Shown: one piece after another, positions 55,053 to 64,000 of the stretch | Position numbering within the stretch: the first letter of the stretch is position 1 | Layout: the number at the start of each line of letters is the position of its first letter | Assembly (NCBI GenBank): GCA_041737385.1 | Contig: JBGSRU010000002.1 | Span: 397,437 to 461,436, forward strand | Source of the DNA: Candidatus Saccharimonadales bacterium | GTDB taxonomy: Bacteria; Patescibacteriota; Saccharimonadia; Saccharimonadales; SZUA-47 | Reading direction: 5' to 3' | DNA: 64,000 bases | The notes under the pieces: generated by a model | The model's input: the letters and a program-made list of their open reading frames with translations, nothing else | Databases searched by the model: none | Told to the model about the DNA's origin: nothing | Translations under genes and position numbers: made by a program

Positions 55053-55079
55053 ATTGTAGCATTGCCTAGAATCTCAAAT

Positions 55080-55499
55080 CTACAATCTAGTACCTTCTCT
55101 AGCTTTGTTCGCCCACTCGTCAGCAAGTTCATTTCCATCGTGTCCAACGTGTGCTTTGACCCATGTGAGTTTGGTATTACCGTTTTTATATAGTTCGCAG
55201 GCTTTTTTAACAAGATCTAGGTTCATGATCTCCCCTTTTGTAGATTTTTTCCAGCCCTTAGCTTCCCATCCTGGCGCCCATTTTGTTATCACGTTTATCC
55301 AGAACTCGCTATCAGTACGAATTTCACACGTGTCGCCGTCTACAAGCTTCATAGCAGCGATTAGCGCTTCGCCTTCCATGCGAATATTCGTTGATTCTTT
55401 TTCACTCCCTAATGCAACTGGAGATTTGCCTTCAACGACTGCAAAGCCACCCGGACCTGGGTTTGGGCTACATGAACCGTCAGTATAAAAAATTCTCAT
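55080..55499 (-). CDS. rnhA: ribonuclease HI
   Basis: 'IFYTDGSCSPNPGPGGFAVV', 'TNIRMEGEALIAA' and 'VKAHVGHDGNELAD'. Confidence 0.9.
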   Translation of the reverse strand: MRIFYTDGSCSPNPGPGGFAVVEGKSPVALGSEKESTNIRMEGEALIAAMKLVDGDTCEIRTDSEFWINVITKWAPGWEAKGWKKSTKGEIMNLDLVKKACELYKNGNTKLTWVKAHVGHDGNELADEWANKAREGTRL

Positions 55500-56038
55500 C
55501 TTCTTTCTTTCTGTTTCATTTTCTTATACTCAGTATACGTCATATACGTGCTGGTATCCTTAACTTTATCGACGAACAAAGTGCCGTGTAGATGGTCAAC
55601 TTCGTGTTGTATGACGTGCGCCGTCAGTCCACTAAACATTTCCGTATGGCGTACTGCTTTCTCATCCAAATATTGGAGTTCGATTTTTTTAAACCGTGGC
55701 ACTTTCCCAAACAGTCCAGCCTTGCCAGAACCACTGCTGATGCAGCCTTCCCACATCTGTGATTTGCGACCGAATACCTTTGTGATCTTAGGATTGATGA
55801 TAGATAACGATACTTCTTCAATCTCTTCTCTAAGTGGAGTTTTCTGCAGTTCGATTACCGCAATCGCTAACGACTTCCCTACTTGCGGTGCAGCTAGCCC
55901 AATTCCTAGTTTTTCGTCAACGAGCTTACTGCGCATTGTTGCTATCAGATCTTGGGTTTCTGTTGATACTATTTCTTCGGCAGATAGATCTTTCGCTACT
56001 TTCCGAAGAGTTGCATCTCCAAACTGGGTTATTTTCAT
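55496..56038 (-). CDS. def: peptide deformylase
   Basis: 'GIGLAAPQVG', 'EGCIS' and 'HEVDHLHG'. Confidence 0.9.
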   Translation of the reverse strand: MKITQFGDATLRKVAKDLSAEEIVSTETQDLIATMRSKLVDEKLGIGLAAPQVGKSLAIAVIELQKTPLREEIEEVSLSIINPKITKVFGRKSQMWEGCISSGSGKAGLFGKVPRFKKIELQYLDEKAVRHTEMFSGLTAHVIQHEVDHLHGTLFVDKVKDTSTYMTYTEYKKMKQKERR

Positions 56039-56514
56039 AATGCGATAACCTCGTTCGCTTGAGATAAGTTCTCTAGGATTTTTATTGCATCTTTTGGCTG
56101 CATGTAGACCGTTGCGGTGTTTACGATCGGATGAAAGCCAACTTCTGACATCTCGAGAATATCTTTGTCGAAAATTACTTTAACGTGATGAGAGCTTGAG
56201 TTGAGACAACAGAATAGCGACACAGATCCGGGCTTCACGCCGAGCATAGACTCTACTTTTTCTGAGCTACAAAACCGGACTTTCTTCTCTCCAAGGTCAG
56301 ATGCTAGCGTTTTTAAGTCTAGTTTCTTCAACCCAGGCATAATCACTAAATATTGCCTTTTACCTTTATCGTCTTGAATAAATAGGTTTTTTATTTCTGT
56401 GCGACCAGGTAGCTCGGTCATCGCTTCTTCAATCGTATAGACTGCTTTATGCTCAACAAGTTCGTAAGTAATATCTAGTTTTGTTAGAAAGTCTAAAGAC
56501 GCTTGTTTCGTCAT
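56035..56514 (-). CDS. YbaK/ProX-type aminoacyl-tRNA editing domain protein
   Basis: 'IKNLFIQDDKGKRQYLVIM' and 'LGVKPGSVSLF' are typical of the YbaK/EbsC family. Confidence 0.6.
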   Translation of the reverse strand: MTKQASLDFLTKLDITYELVEHKAVYTIEEAMTELPGRTEIKNLFIQDDKGKRQYLVIMPGLKKLDLKTLASDLGEKKVRFCSSEKVESMLGVKPGSVSLFCCLNSSSHHVKVIFDKDILEMSEVGFHPIVNTATVYMQPKDAIKILENLSQANEVIAL

Positions 56515-57149
56515 AATTCGTGAGATTCACCGTTTTTCAAAATAAGTAGTTCTTTTCCTGTATCTTTTAAACCATTCTCTACCCACATAGTTGTTATGTT
56601 ATGCCCCACTTCGTTAAGCAGGCCATTATGAGTCGGCATAAAGTAAGTTGCCGTCATAGACCTACTAAATTCAATTGCTTCGTTCATCTTTAGCCACGGC
56701 GCACTCACAGGAACTCCTACGATTTCCATTTTGTCGCTAATTGTATGGAACGAGTCCCCTGCATAGTAATAAAAACTATCAACTTTAACTGCTATATTCT
56801 CACACGGAATAGTGTTCCAAATAACTGCATGGTCATTTACATAAAACGATAAAGTAAACTCACCTACTACGACTTCTTTGCTTGTATCAACTGGTATTTT
56901 TTGTCCGCCGACATCATGGAGTAGCTCTAGACTTTCGCTACTCGCGTATATCCTTACGTCTGGGTTTGCAGATACGATTTTTCGTAAGTTTGGAGCGTAG
57001 GTATGGTCTGCGTGCATATGCGTACATATGACGGCTGTAACATTGTTCAGCTCAGATGGTAACTCTGTAAATTCACCCGGATCAATAATAAGTTTTGAAC
57101 TATAATTGTCTACAAAAACACACGCGTGTCCATACTTTGTTAGTTTCAT
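56511..57149 (-). CDS. MBL-fold metallo-hydrolase
   Basis: 'VICTHMHADHT' (HxHxDH). Confidence 0.7.
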   Translation of the reverse strand: MKLTKYGHACVFVDNYSSKLIIDPGEFTELPSELNNVTAVICTHMHADHTYAPNLRKIVSANPDVRIYASSESLELLHDVGGQKIPVDTSKEVVVGEFTLSFYVNDHAVIWNTIPCENIAVKVDSFYYYAGDSFHTISDKMEIVGVPVSAPWLKMNEAIEFSRSMTATYFMPTHNGLLNEVGHNITTMWVENGLKDTGKELLILKNGESHEL

Positions 57150-57799
57150 TGTCTTCCTCTGCTTATAAATTTTTTATACTTTCCTTCTGAAACAACCTCA
57201 ATCTCGCCGTCAATAATTGAAACCGCGGACTGATCATCTAGCCCGTATAGTACACAATCTTTATCGACTATCCAATCTTCAAGGACAGCAAATCTCTCAT
57301 CATCACAATGTGGTTCAACTTCAAAATCGACGAGCTCTAAGCCTGTGACGTCCGTAATCTTACCTGTATTTTCATCAGCAGGCTCAATCGCAGAGACGCG
57401 TATGTTTGGCGTTGCAACAATACTTCCTGCACTGATGCCTACATATACTTTGTTTTCAATGTGTTCTTTTAGCCAGACTGCAAACCCAGTTTTTCTAAGC
57501 TGGTTAAGTAAGTGAAAAGTGTTGCCACCACTCATGATGATTATGTCGGCTTCCTCACACCTGCTGCGCCACTCGACACCATCGGCCGAAGGGTCGACAA
57601 TATCGATGTATTGAATTCCTGCTTCATAAAATTTGACCAACCCTTCTTCAATAAACCACTGTTTGTCTTGCATCTCTACATTTGCAGCGGTCGGGATAAG
57701 TACTGCTTTACATTCTGACGCTGGTTTTGGCAACATTGATAGAAATCTGTCTGAGATAGTTTTGTTTTGTAGGCCTGCCGATGTCAGCAATATATTCAT
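57146..57799 (-). CDS. peptidase S51 family (dipeptidase E-like)
   Basis: 'IIMSGGNTFHLLNQLRKTGF' and 'GISAGSIV'. Confidence 0.7.
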   Translation of the reverse strand: MNILLTSAGLQNKTISDRFLSMLPKPASECKAVLIPTAANVEMQDKQWFIEEGLVKFYEAGIQYIDIVDPSADGVEWRSRCEEADIIIMSGGNTFHLLNQLRKTGFAVWLKEHIENKVYVGISAGSIVATPNIRVSAIEPADENTGKITDVTGLELVDFEVEPHCDDERFAVLEDWIVDKDCVLYGLDDQSAVSIIDGEIEVVSEGKYKKFISRGRQ

Positions 57800-57987
57800 A
57801 CTATTAGTGTAACAGTCACCCGGTTTTTGAACATAGTTTAATTACTATTGAATAAATTTGTGGATATATGAAAATGGTTATGGTACGATAGATGCATAAG
57901 CAAATACTAAGTTAACAGGAAAATAAACAGTGTCACCCCACCGAAGAATTAGACAAACAATCAACTACGAAGCCTACTTTATCTAAA

Positions 57988-58509
57988 CTATCCAACAATT
58001 ATTTGCACTGCATCAAATAGACTATCGACAGTATAGTCAGCTCCTGTTTCTGGTTGGACCTCATTAGCCGTTTTGACCAATATCGTTTTACAGCCCGCAG
58101 CAAGCCCTGCCTCTATGTCAGACTTCCTATCGCCCACCATAAAGATCTCGCTAGACTTCAGCTCAAATTCCTTGATAGCATCTATCAGCATCTTCGGTTT
58201 AGGCTTACGACATTCGCAACCATCATCTACACTATGCGGACACATGAAAGTTTTCAGAACCTTCACGCCGCTTCTTCCCATCATATCTATGACTTTGTTG
58301 TTAATTCTATCAAACTCAGCTGCATCAATTAGCCCTTCGCTGATGCCTGCTTGGTTAGTAATCATCACAACCGCGTAATCATTTTCTGCTAAAAGCTTCA
58401 TTGATTTGAGCGTATCATGAAAAAATTCAATCTCGTCTTCACTTTCGACGCGTAGGTCAGCGGGATCGCGTATGATGGTTCCGTCTCTGTCGAGCAGAAT
58501 ATACTTCAT
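57988..58509 (-). CDS. HAD-IIIA phosphatase (GmhB/histidinol-phosphatase family)
   Basis: 'LLDRDGTI', the Zn-loop 'CPHSVDDGCECRKP', and 'VGDRKSD'. Confidence 0.65.
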   Translation of the reverse strand: MKYILLDRDGTIIRDPADLRVESEDEIEFFHDTLKSMKLLAENDYAVVMITNQAGISEGLIDAAEFDRINNKVIDMMGRSGVKVLKTFMCPHSVDDGCECRKPKPKMLIDAIKEFELKSSEIFMVGDRKSDIEAGLAAGCKTILVKTANEVQPETGADYTVDSLFDAVQIIVG

Positions 58510-58530
58510 AGTAGAAGTATACCAGCCTTA

Positions 58531-59403
58531 CTACAACGACGTAAGAATCAGTCCAATAAATGCAGTTATTATTGCAAGCGCTAATTTCCAGCCAACTTCT
58601 TTTTCTTTTAAAATGAAAAATGCTGCTACCGCGATTAGTGGCATTTGAAATGTACTGACTAGGCTCACGAGTGCGACGTTGTCTGCCGTGTTTAGCGCGT
58701 ATATAAAGAAAAAGCCTATGGTTGCATTCAACACACCCATCTTTACAGCATCAATCCATTCGGTATGAGGTATAGACTTGAAGTCTAGCTTGCGTAAGTC
58801 TTTGTATGCGATAATACAGATTGCGGCCGACTGCAAGGCAAAGCCAACAATAAAATACGCTCCCAAAGATACGTGCGAGAGAGCAACCTTCTCAGCAAAG
58901 ACTCCAGCCCCTAAGGACATAGACGCAATTACAGCGATAAAAACTGCCGAATTTTTGAATTTCGTCTTGTTTTCCAGCTTGTAAGATTGAGCAGCGAACA
59001 CTGCACCTATCAGCAGTAACGCCCCACCAATCATTTGTAAACCAGTCAAGCCTTCCCCTAAGAAAATCCAACCCAGTGCGGCTGCAGTTACTGCCTGTAT
59101 CTGAAAAATAGTCTGAAATAATGCAACATTCAGTTTTTTTGCAGCTTCAAATACGAGCCAATTAAACAGCCCGATAAATAACGCCATAAAGAAAAGCGAA
59201 AGGACAGTAATTCCGGACCAGTCGATCGATAGATCACCTACTATGAGGCCCACGATAATACCAAGTGGTAAGACGCCTATCACGTAAGCTAGCGCTGGGG
59301 GAACGCGAACCGGTAGGATGGTCTTTTGAGAATATACCCGTCTTTGTAGAGCAAGTGCGACACTCGCGATAAAGAAAAAGAACATACTGACCTGCCAAGA
59401 CAT
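58531..59403 (-). CDS. EamA/DMT family transporter
   Basis: 290 aa with 10 TM helices arranged as two EamA-like halves. Confidence 0.7.
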   Translation of the reverse strand: MSWQVSMFFFFIASVALALQRRVYSQKTILPVRVPPALAYVIGVLPLGIIVGLIVGDLSIDWSGITVLSLFFMALFIGLFNWLVFEAAKKLNVALFQTIFQIQAVTAAALGWIFLGEGLTGLQMIGGALLLIGAVFAAQSYKLENKTKFKNSAVFIAVIASMSLGAGVFAEKVALSHVSLGAYFIVGFALQSAAICIIAYKDLRKLDFKSIPHTEWIDAVKMGVLNATIGFFFIYALNTADNVALVSLVSTFQMPLIAVAAFFILKEKEVGWKLALAIITAFIGLILTSL

Positions 59404-59406
59404 ACG

Positions 59407-60792
59407 CTAGCTTAGCAATTCTTGAATCTTGATGCGTTTTTGTTCAGTTGTGTTACGGTCTCTGATTGTCACTGTTCCGTCTTCTAGTGTGTCGAAATCT
59501 ATTACCACACAGTACGGTGTACCAATTTCATCTTGCCTGCGGTATCGTTTACCGATGTTACCATTATCGTCCCACATGACAGCGTTGTTTACTTTCAGTT
59601 GGTCGTAAACTTCTTTGGCTTTGGCTACTAGCTCTGGCTTGTTTTTAAGTAGTGGCGATACGCAGTATTTTACAGGTGCAATGTCGTGAGGCAGTGCTAA
59701 ATAAATGCGCTCTTCCCCGTTTTGCTCATCTTTCTTAAAGGCGCTGACTAGTACCGCCATAATCAGTCGCTCAACACCAAAGCTTGGTTCGATGACTTGT
59801 GGCACGAATGCTGGGCTACCATCTTTTGGTCGGTATTCCATCTTTTTGCCGGCTGCATTCTGGATGTTCATAAGATCAAAATCGGTTCGGTATGCAAGAC
59901 CGAGTAGTTCGTCTGAGCCGTGCGGATAGGCGAACTCGTAGTCGATTGTTCGTTTTGAATAATGCGCGAGGTCATCCGTTGGAACTTCTAGCTCATTTAC
60001 TCCAGCCATATCAACACCAGCACTCTCTAAGAACGACTTAATGTCGGCTCGCCAGTTTTCAAACAACTCTTCCCAGTTATCTGGATGAATAAAATATTCG
60101 ATTTCCATCTGGTTAAACTCACGCGATCGAAACACAAAGTCGCGCGGAGATATTTCATTACGAAATGCTTTTCCTTGTTGAGCTATACCAAATGGTACAT
60201 CAGGATAAAGTGAATCGACGACATTCTTAAAGTTCGTGAATATACCCTGAGCAGTCTCTGGCCGTAAATAGACTGTAGATGATTGGTCCCACTCTTGTTC
60301 TGACTCAATAGACCCGTAAACTACACGCGAGCCGTCATCATTAATTTTAGAAGGAATAGATCGTTTTTTTGTCGGCCCTGCTGGACCTGCGTGTGTTTCA
60401 AACATCATGTTAAAATCTCTAGGTTCGCCAAATGAATCTTTCTCGCCACACGTTGGACATTTGCTTGTATCTATTTTATCTTCGCGGAAGCGACCTTTAC
60501 AGTTTGAGCATTCAACCAGTGGATCGGTAAAAGTATCGACGTGGCCACTTGCTTGCCAAGTTTTTGGGTTCATTAAAATAGCAGCATCAACACCAACCAT
60601 ATCGTCTCTATCTTCTACAAACGTCTTCCACCACAAATCCATCAAGTTTTTCTTGAGCGTCACACCAAGTGGACCGTAGTCCCAAGTACCTGCTAAGCCA
60701 CCGTACACTTCACTACCCTGAAAAATAAATCCACGGCGTTTGCATAAACTAACAATATCTTCTAGCGTCACTTCTGACTTTTTATCACTCAT
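59407..60792 (-). CDS. glyQS: glycine--tRNA ligase (dimeric class II type)
   Basis: 'RGFIFQGSEVYGGLAGTWDYGPLG', 'FRNEISPR' and 'EPSFGVERL'. Confidence 0.95.
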   Translation of the reverse strand: MSDKKSEVTLEDIVSLCKRRGFIFQGSEVYGGLAGTWDYGPLGVTLKKNLMDLWWKTFVEDRDDMVGVDAAILMNPKTWQASGHVDTFTDPLVECSNCKGRFREDKIDTSKCPTCGEKDSFGEPRDFNMMFETHAGPAGPTKKRSIPSKINDDGSRVVYGSIESEQEWDQSSTVYLRPETAQGIFTNFKNVVDSLYPDVPFGIAQQGKAFRNEISPRDFVFRSREFNQMEIEYFIHPDNWEELFENWRADIKSFLESAGVDMAGVNELEVPTDDLAHYSKRTIDYEFAYPHGSDELLGLAYRTDFDLMNIQNAAGKKMEYRPKDGSPAFVPQVIEPSFGVERLIMAVLVSAFKKDEQNGEERIYLALPHDIAPVKYCVSPLLKNKPELVAKAKEVYDQLKVNNAVMWDDNGNIGKRYRRQDEIGTPYCVVIDFDTLEDGTVTIRDRNTTEQKRIKIQELLS

Positions 60793-60931
60793 ATATCTCT
60801 CCTAATTTAAACATTGCTACACTTTCTTTTAAAGAAATTTAAATTAGGGCGAGCCCTGAGTTATATAGTGTTCTCTTTGTAATAATCATATTATATAAAG
60901 TATACGATAAGAGAGTACAGATACCAATTAG

Positions 60932-61501
60932 CTACTTAATTATTCCAGCTTCTTTGGCTGCTAAGGCAAACGCCGTTATAGCTGAAGCTATACTAAAATC
61001 TAACCTTGATACTCTAGCGATATATAGAGTACTTGCTCTGCGTTCTTCCGTAGGAATATCTGGCGCTTGCTTCTCTACTGGTGGAGGTGTGGCTGTAACG
61101 TAATCATCAAAACGTTCTCTATGATCAACAATAGCATCCGTCACAGCTCTTCTTACTCCTAACACTTCAGGTGGTATTTTACCTTTGTCATTGTTTGCCC
61201 ATTCCCTGTCTGCAGCTTCCCTATCTTCCTCCAAGCAATGTACGCCTAAGTTAGGATCATTTAGAACTTCATCAAGTTTTCGTGTTGGATATTTTCTTGC
61301 TACCATTGCATCGAATTCTAATTGTCGGACAGATGTTTCTACTTCATCAACATAATCCTGTGGTAACGTAAAAAGCTGACCAAATCTATCTAGCCGACGC
61401 ACCGAAGCTTGTACTTCATCATCATGCTTATGGGGTAGCGTAAAATGCTCACCAAATCTATTTGGGTTTTGTGTTTCTAAGAGGCTTTCACTTGCTGACA
61501 T
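60932..61501 (-). CDS. hypothetical protein with internal 24-aa repeat
   Basis: 'NRFGEHFTLPHKHDDEVQASVRRL' is followed by 'DRFGQLFTLPQDYVDEVETSVRQL', with a C-terminal hydrophobic helix. Confidence 0.4.
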   Translation of the reverse strand: MSASESLLETQNPNRFGEHFTLPHKHDDEVQASVRRLDRFGQLFTLPQDYVDEVETSVRQLEFDAMVARKYPTRKLDEVLNDPNLGVHCLEEDREAADREWANNDKGKIPPEVLGVRRAVTDAIVDHRERFDDYVTATPPPVEKQAPDIPTEERRASTLYIARVSRLDFSIASAITAFALAAKEAGIIK

Positions 61502-61554
61502 AACTAAATTACTATACTATCTTTATTTGTTTTAGTCAAAGTATTCGTAGTAAC

Positions 61555-62370
61555 TCACCTCCTTCTCGACGTAATGGCGTATCGAGTAAGTAATCTGACG
61601 CTCGGGTGTGCCTGATCTATAAGTGTATAAGTTAACTCATCCATTCCTTGGTCAAGTGCACTTACCATATCAGCCAAAGATGGCTCAACTAGCTCTGGAT
61701 GAGAGATAAAAACATTCTGGAAACCTTGTGCGTTTATCGGAGAATTTCCTGGATAATCATTACATAGTGCTACTAAAGATTTTGGTACATGGGTCGCAGC
61801 AAGCAAAGCAATATGTTTTTTTGTATCACGTTTAAGTCTGAATAAATGAGCATCCTGACTACCCCACACCGACACAGAATCAAGCACTCGCCCTAGGTTT
61901 ACCCCGCTAGCCTCCCAGCTAAAACAGGCTGAGATTCGTCGATGCTTTGACCAAATTGCCGCAGAAGACGCTGCAAAGCGCAAAGACTCTTCCCTGCCAA
62001 CCGCTCTATCAAGGGCATTCATTGCAAAAAACTGTACACCGGCATGTTTGTCTATTATAGGGAGTTTTAGATACTCTCCACGAGTAGCATCGTAATAAAC
62101 ATCTGCTCTATAGCCAAAGGACGGGTTGCACTCTTCGTACAACTTATAGCCGTATTCTGCTGGTGTTTCTTGTGATAAGGGGCTAATTCCAGAAAATACA
62201 TCAGCAATATCACCGATTAGTGCTACATTTGGTGCTTCTTCGACACTATCATGCGGAATCGCTAAAATTACTCCACCGTCGAGATCGTAACGATTATATG
62301 ACACACCAAAGCGCTGAACTGTTTCAGCTCGCGTAGTGGCTAGCTCAGGTGCTTCAGCCGACACGTACAT
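61555..62370 (-). CDS. hypothetical protein
   Basis: 271-aa ORF with no motif I recognise. Confidence 0.4.
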   Translation of the reverse strand: MYVSAEAPELATTRAETVQRFGVSYNRYDLDGGVILAIPHDSVEEAPNVALIGDIADVFSGISPLSQETPAEYGYKLYEECNPSFGYRADVYYDATRGEYLKLPIIDKHAGVQFFAMNALDRAVGREESLRFAASSAAIWSKHRRISACFSWEASGVNLGRVLDSVSVWGSQDAHLFRLKRDTKKHIALLAATHVPKSLVALCNDYPGNSPINAQGFQNVFISHPELVEPSLADMVSALDQGMDELTYTLIDQAHPSVRLLTRYAITSRRR

Positions 62371-62409
62371 CTCTCAATTTTCTCATTGCAATTTACTATA
62401 GCCTATTCT

Positions 62410-63099
62410 TTAGCGTTGCGCCATAACAGCGCTTGTTTCGAGTACTGGACGTATGTCTTTTGCGAGTGTCAATGAACCAGCTATATGTATGAGGTTACTT
62501 GGCTTTGATACTTTGCCGAGCAGCCGGAGAAACTTAATGTGCTTTGGGCCAAATTGCCCGGATGGATGCACAGTAAACCCCATATCATCTAAGCTAAACT
62601 GATAACGGTGGTTCTCATCAAATACTTGTCCATTAATCTGGCACTCTACATTTATACCCGATCCAGCATGCTCAAGTAACTGAGCTAGAAACCATACATA
62701 GACAATTTCTGGCTGTTCGTCATGCTCGTTTAGTGCGTCTAACCCTGCTTCAAGTAACGAAAAATAGCCTCCGTCGCATGATTCCTGCGTAAATACACCG
62801 ATTAACCTCAGGAACTCGTACGCCATCATCGTAATTTCCATATTTTGGACGATCTTGCCGTAATGAGTGTCGAGCTGAGTAGAGACAACTGTTTTTAGGT
62901 CGCTTTTTCCGTCAATGAATCCAATAGTGCTCACAGAAAAAAGTTCAAGTCCACCTGCAAGTTTGCTTTTACTTCTGCGCGCACCTTTTGCGAGGATGCT
63001 TAGTTTACCGTGCTCAGGAGTAATAACGGTGAGTATCCTGTCAGCTTCCCCGAAGTCTAATCGTTTCAAGATAATAGCTTTGGTGGAGCTGTTTTTCAT
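62410..63099 (-). CDS. recO: DNA repair protein RecO
   Basis: OB-fold N-terminus 'AIILKRLDFGEADRILTVITPEHGKLSILAKGARRSKSKL'. Confidence 0.8.
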   Translation of the reverse strand: MKNSSTKAIILKRLDFGEADRILTVITPEHGKLSILAKGARRSKSKLAGGLELFSVSTIGFIDGKSDLKTVVSTQLDTHYGKIVQNMEITMMAYEFLRLIGVFTQESCDGGYFSLLEAGLDALNEHDEQPEIVYVWFLAQLLEHAGSGINVECQINGQVFDENHRYQFSLDDMGFTVHPSGQFGPKHIKFLRLLGKVSKPSNLIHIAGSLTLAKDIRPVLETSAVMAQR

Positions 63100-63482
63100 C
63101 GTACTTCACTAGAAGTTAAGCTTTTCTCTACTATTGATCTCACTTGCTCTAGAGATGATTCTGGTTTATAGAGATAAGAACTTATGTTGAGACTCAACCA
63201 AGTTTTAGAATTCAGTACTTCAGGCTCTAAGTGGACAGACGAATAGACTATAACCGGCACGCTCGTCCAATCACTGTAACTCCTAAATTCATACAAAAAC
63301 TCCATACCGCTGTGACTGCTCAGAGATAGTTCAAGAATAATAAGATCTGGGTCAAAATCATTGGCGGCTTCTATACCGCTTGTTGCATCATGAGCGATGC
63401 GCAGATCATGATGCGTCAATATTTCACTTAAGGTTGCTTGCGATGTTTTATGATGATCAATAATAAGAATTTTCGCCATCAA
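63096..63482 (-). CDS. stand-alone receiver-like domain with atypical acidic pocket
   Basis: REC fold, but 'IIDHH' replaces the DD pair and 'LIILELSL' has Glu at the expected phospho-Asp position. Confidence 0.55.
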   Translation of the reverse strand: MMAKILIIDHHKTSQATLSEILTHHDLRIAHDATSGIEAANDFDPDLIILELSLSSHSGMEFLYEFRSYSDWTSVPVIVYSSVHLEPEVLNSKTWLSLNISSYLYKPESSLEQVRSIVEKSLTSSEVR

Positions 63483-63483
63483 A

Positions 63484-64000
63484 CTAGACCATTTGTAGTT
63501 GTGCGCTTATTGGTAGCGTTACGCCAATTCCGGTAGTCGTTGATGAAAACGATTTTGTTAGTTCAGATCCAAGTAGAGTGAACATATTATGAGCGGTGAG
63601 CAAGTCGGTCGCAGGACCGGCTACACCAGAAAGTGGCTGCGTTGAAGCGCTGTTAGGCCGAGCAAAACGCACATCACCAATTACAGCAGCCGTACTATGG
63701 AGCGATACTCTTATGCCGCGAGGTGTTTTACTGGCTTTACATATGATTTCTGCATTTTCTGTTTGAACAGTACCCAAAAAAGCCTGCCATAAGCTCTGTA
63801 AAGCAGAAGAAAAAAGCCGACGGTCTACATCAACAGGGCGCAGTCCATGCTGGATAACAATCTCCGTTCGACAACCTGCGGCTCTCATAATTGGCTCCAT
63901 AGTGTGCATTACTTCTTGGATGGTGCTGCCAACGTGTACAGGCTCTAACTGCAGTGCTGTTTGACCGGTGTGAATACGTTGGTAAAGCAGCATATTGTCA
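63484..64000 (-). CDS. histidine-kinase-like C-terminal fragment (partial, runs off the window)
   Basis: The frame stays open to the window edge. It has an HATPase-like layout but degenerate N/G boxes; only 'TTGIGVTL' remains. Confidence 0.3.
   Translation of the reverse strand, partial: DNMLLYQRIHTGQTALQLEPVHVGSTIQEVMHTMEPIMRAAGCRTEIVIQHGLRPVDVDRRLFSSALQSLWQAFLGTVQTENAEIICKASKTPRGIRVSLHSTAAVIGDVRFARPNSASTQPLSGVAGPATDLLTAHNMFTLLGSELTKSFSSTTTGIGVTLPISAQLQMV

Noticed and set aside
55105-56048. Antisense ORFs of 127 and 166 aa opposite rnhA and def
   Set aside because: The sense-strand products carry complete RNase HI and deformylase motif sets. The antisense translations have no recognisable features.
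1-64000. Alternative genetic code (UGA recoding, as in some CPR lineages)
   Set aside because: Conserved genes such as topA, glyQS, mraY, der and murG translate full-length under the standard code. They have no in-frame TGA interruptions and they terminate normally.

Overview
This 64-kb window looks like a small-genome, moderately AT-rich bacterium using the standard genetic code. The gene content suggests Patescibacteria/CPR, possibly Saccharibacteria-like, but that is inference only. Supporting features are a stripped-down dcw cluster (mraZ-rsmH-ftsL-ftsI-mraY-ftsW-murG-ftsQ with no mur ligases or ftsA/ftsZ), many orphan ORFs, and LRR, LysM-like and repeat-rich envelope proteins. I found about 70 CDSs. 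Housekeeping genes include topA, dprA, der, pth, tsaC, glyQS, recO, def, rnhA, rsmH and a class II photolyase. There is a PAS histidine kinase/response regulator pair, an ABC-F ATPase, a GH1 glycosidase, and a PadR-linked redox/efflux operon. I saw no rRNA, tRNA, CRISPR array or recognisable transposase by eye. Main non-standard signals: (1) A mosaic intergenic repeat family of about 230-300 nt in at least 5 copies that I do not recognise, with hairpins that keep pairing through compensatory changes. It occurs as a ~230-bp inverted pair around one orphan ORF (27.0-28.2 kb), as a back-to-back pair with nothing between the arms (41.6-42.1 kb), and as a single copy (46.9-47.2 kb). The last two are directly oriented and bracket a 4.8-kb accessory segment. 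(2) A 28-bp dif-like palindrome (18/28 identical to E. coli dif, same TGTATA centre) in a 677-nt ORF-free gap where the dominant coding strand switches from + to -. (3) A promoter-plus-terminator-defined ~150-nt candidate sRNA flanked by 27-nt direct repeats. (4) A ~380-nt hairpin-dense ORF-free region that I could not assign to RNase P or tmRNA. (5) Two tandem paralogous modules of a TrmB-like regulator divergent from an orphan gene plus a PQ-loop-like membrane protein, separated by a repeat copy and a frameshifted gene. All functional calls rest on motifs read from the translations. No database search was run.
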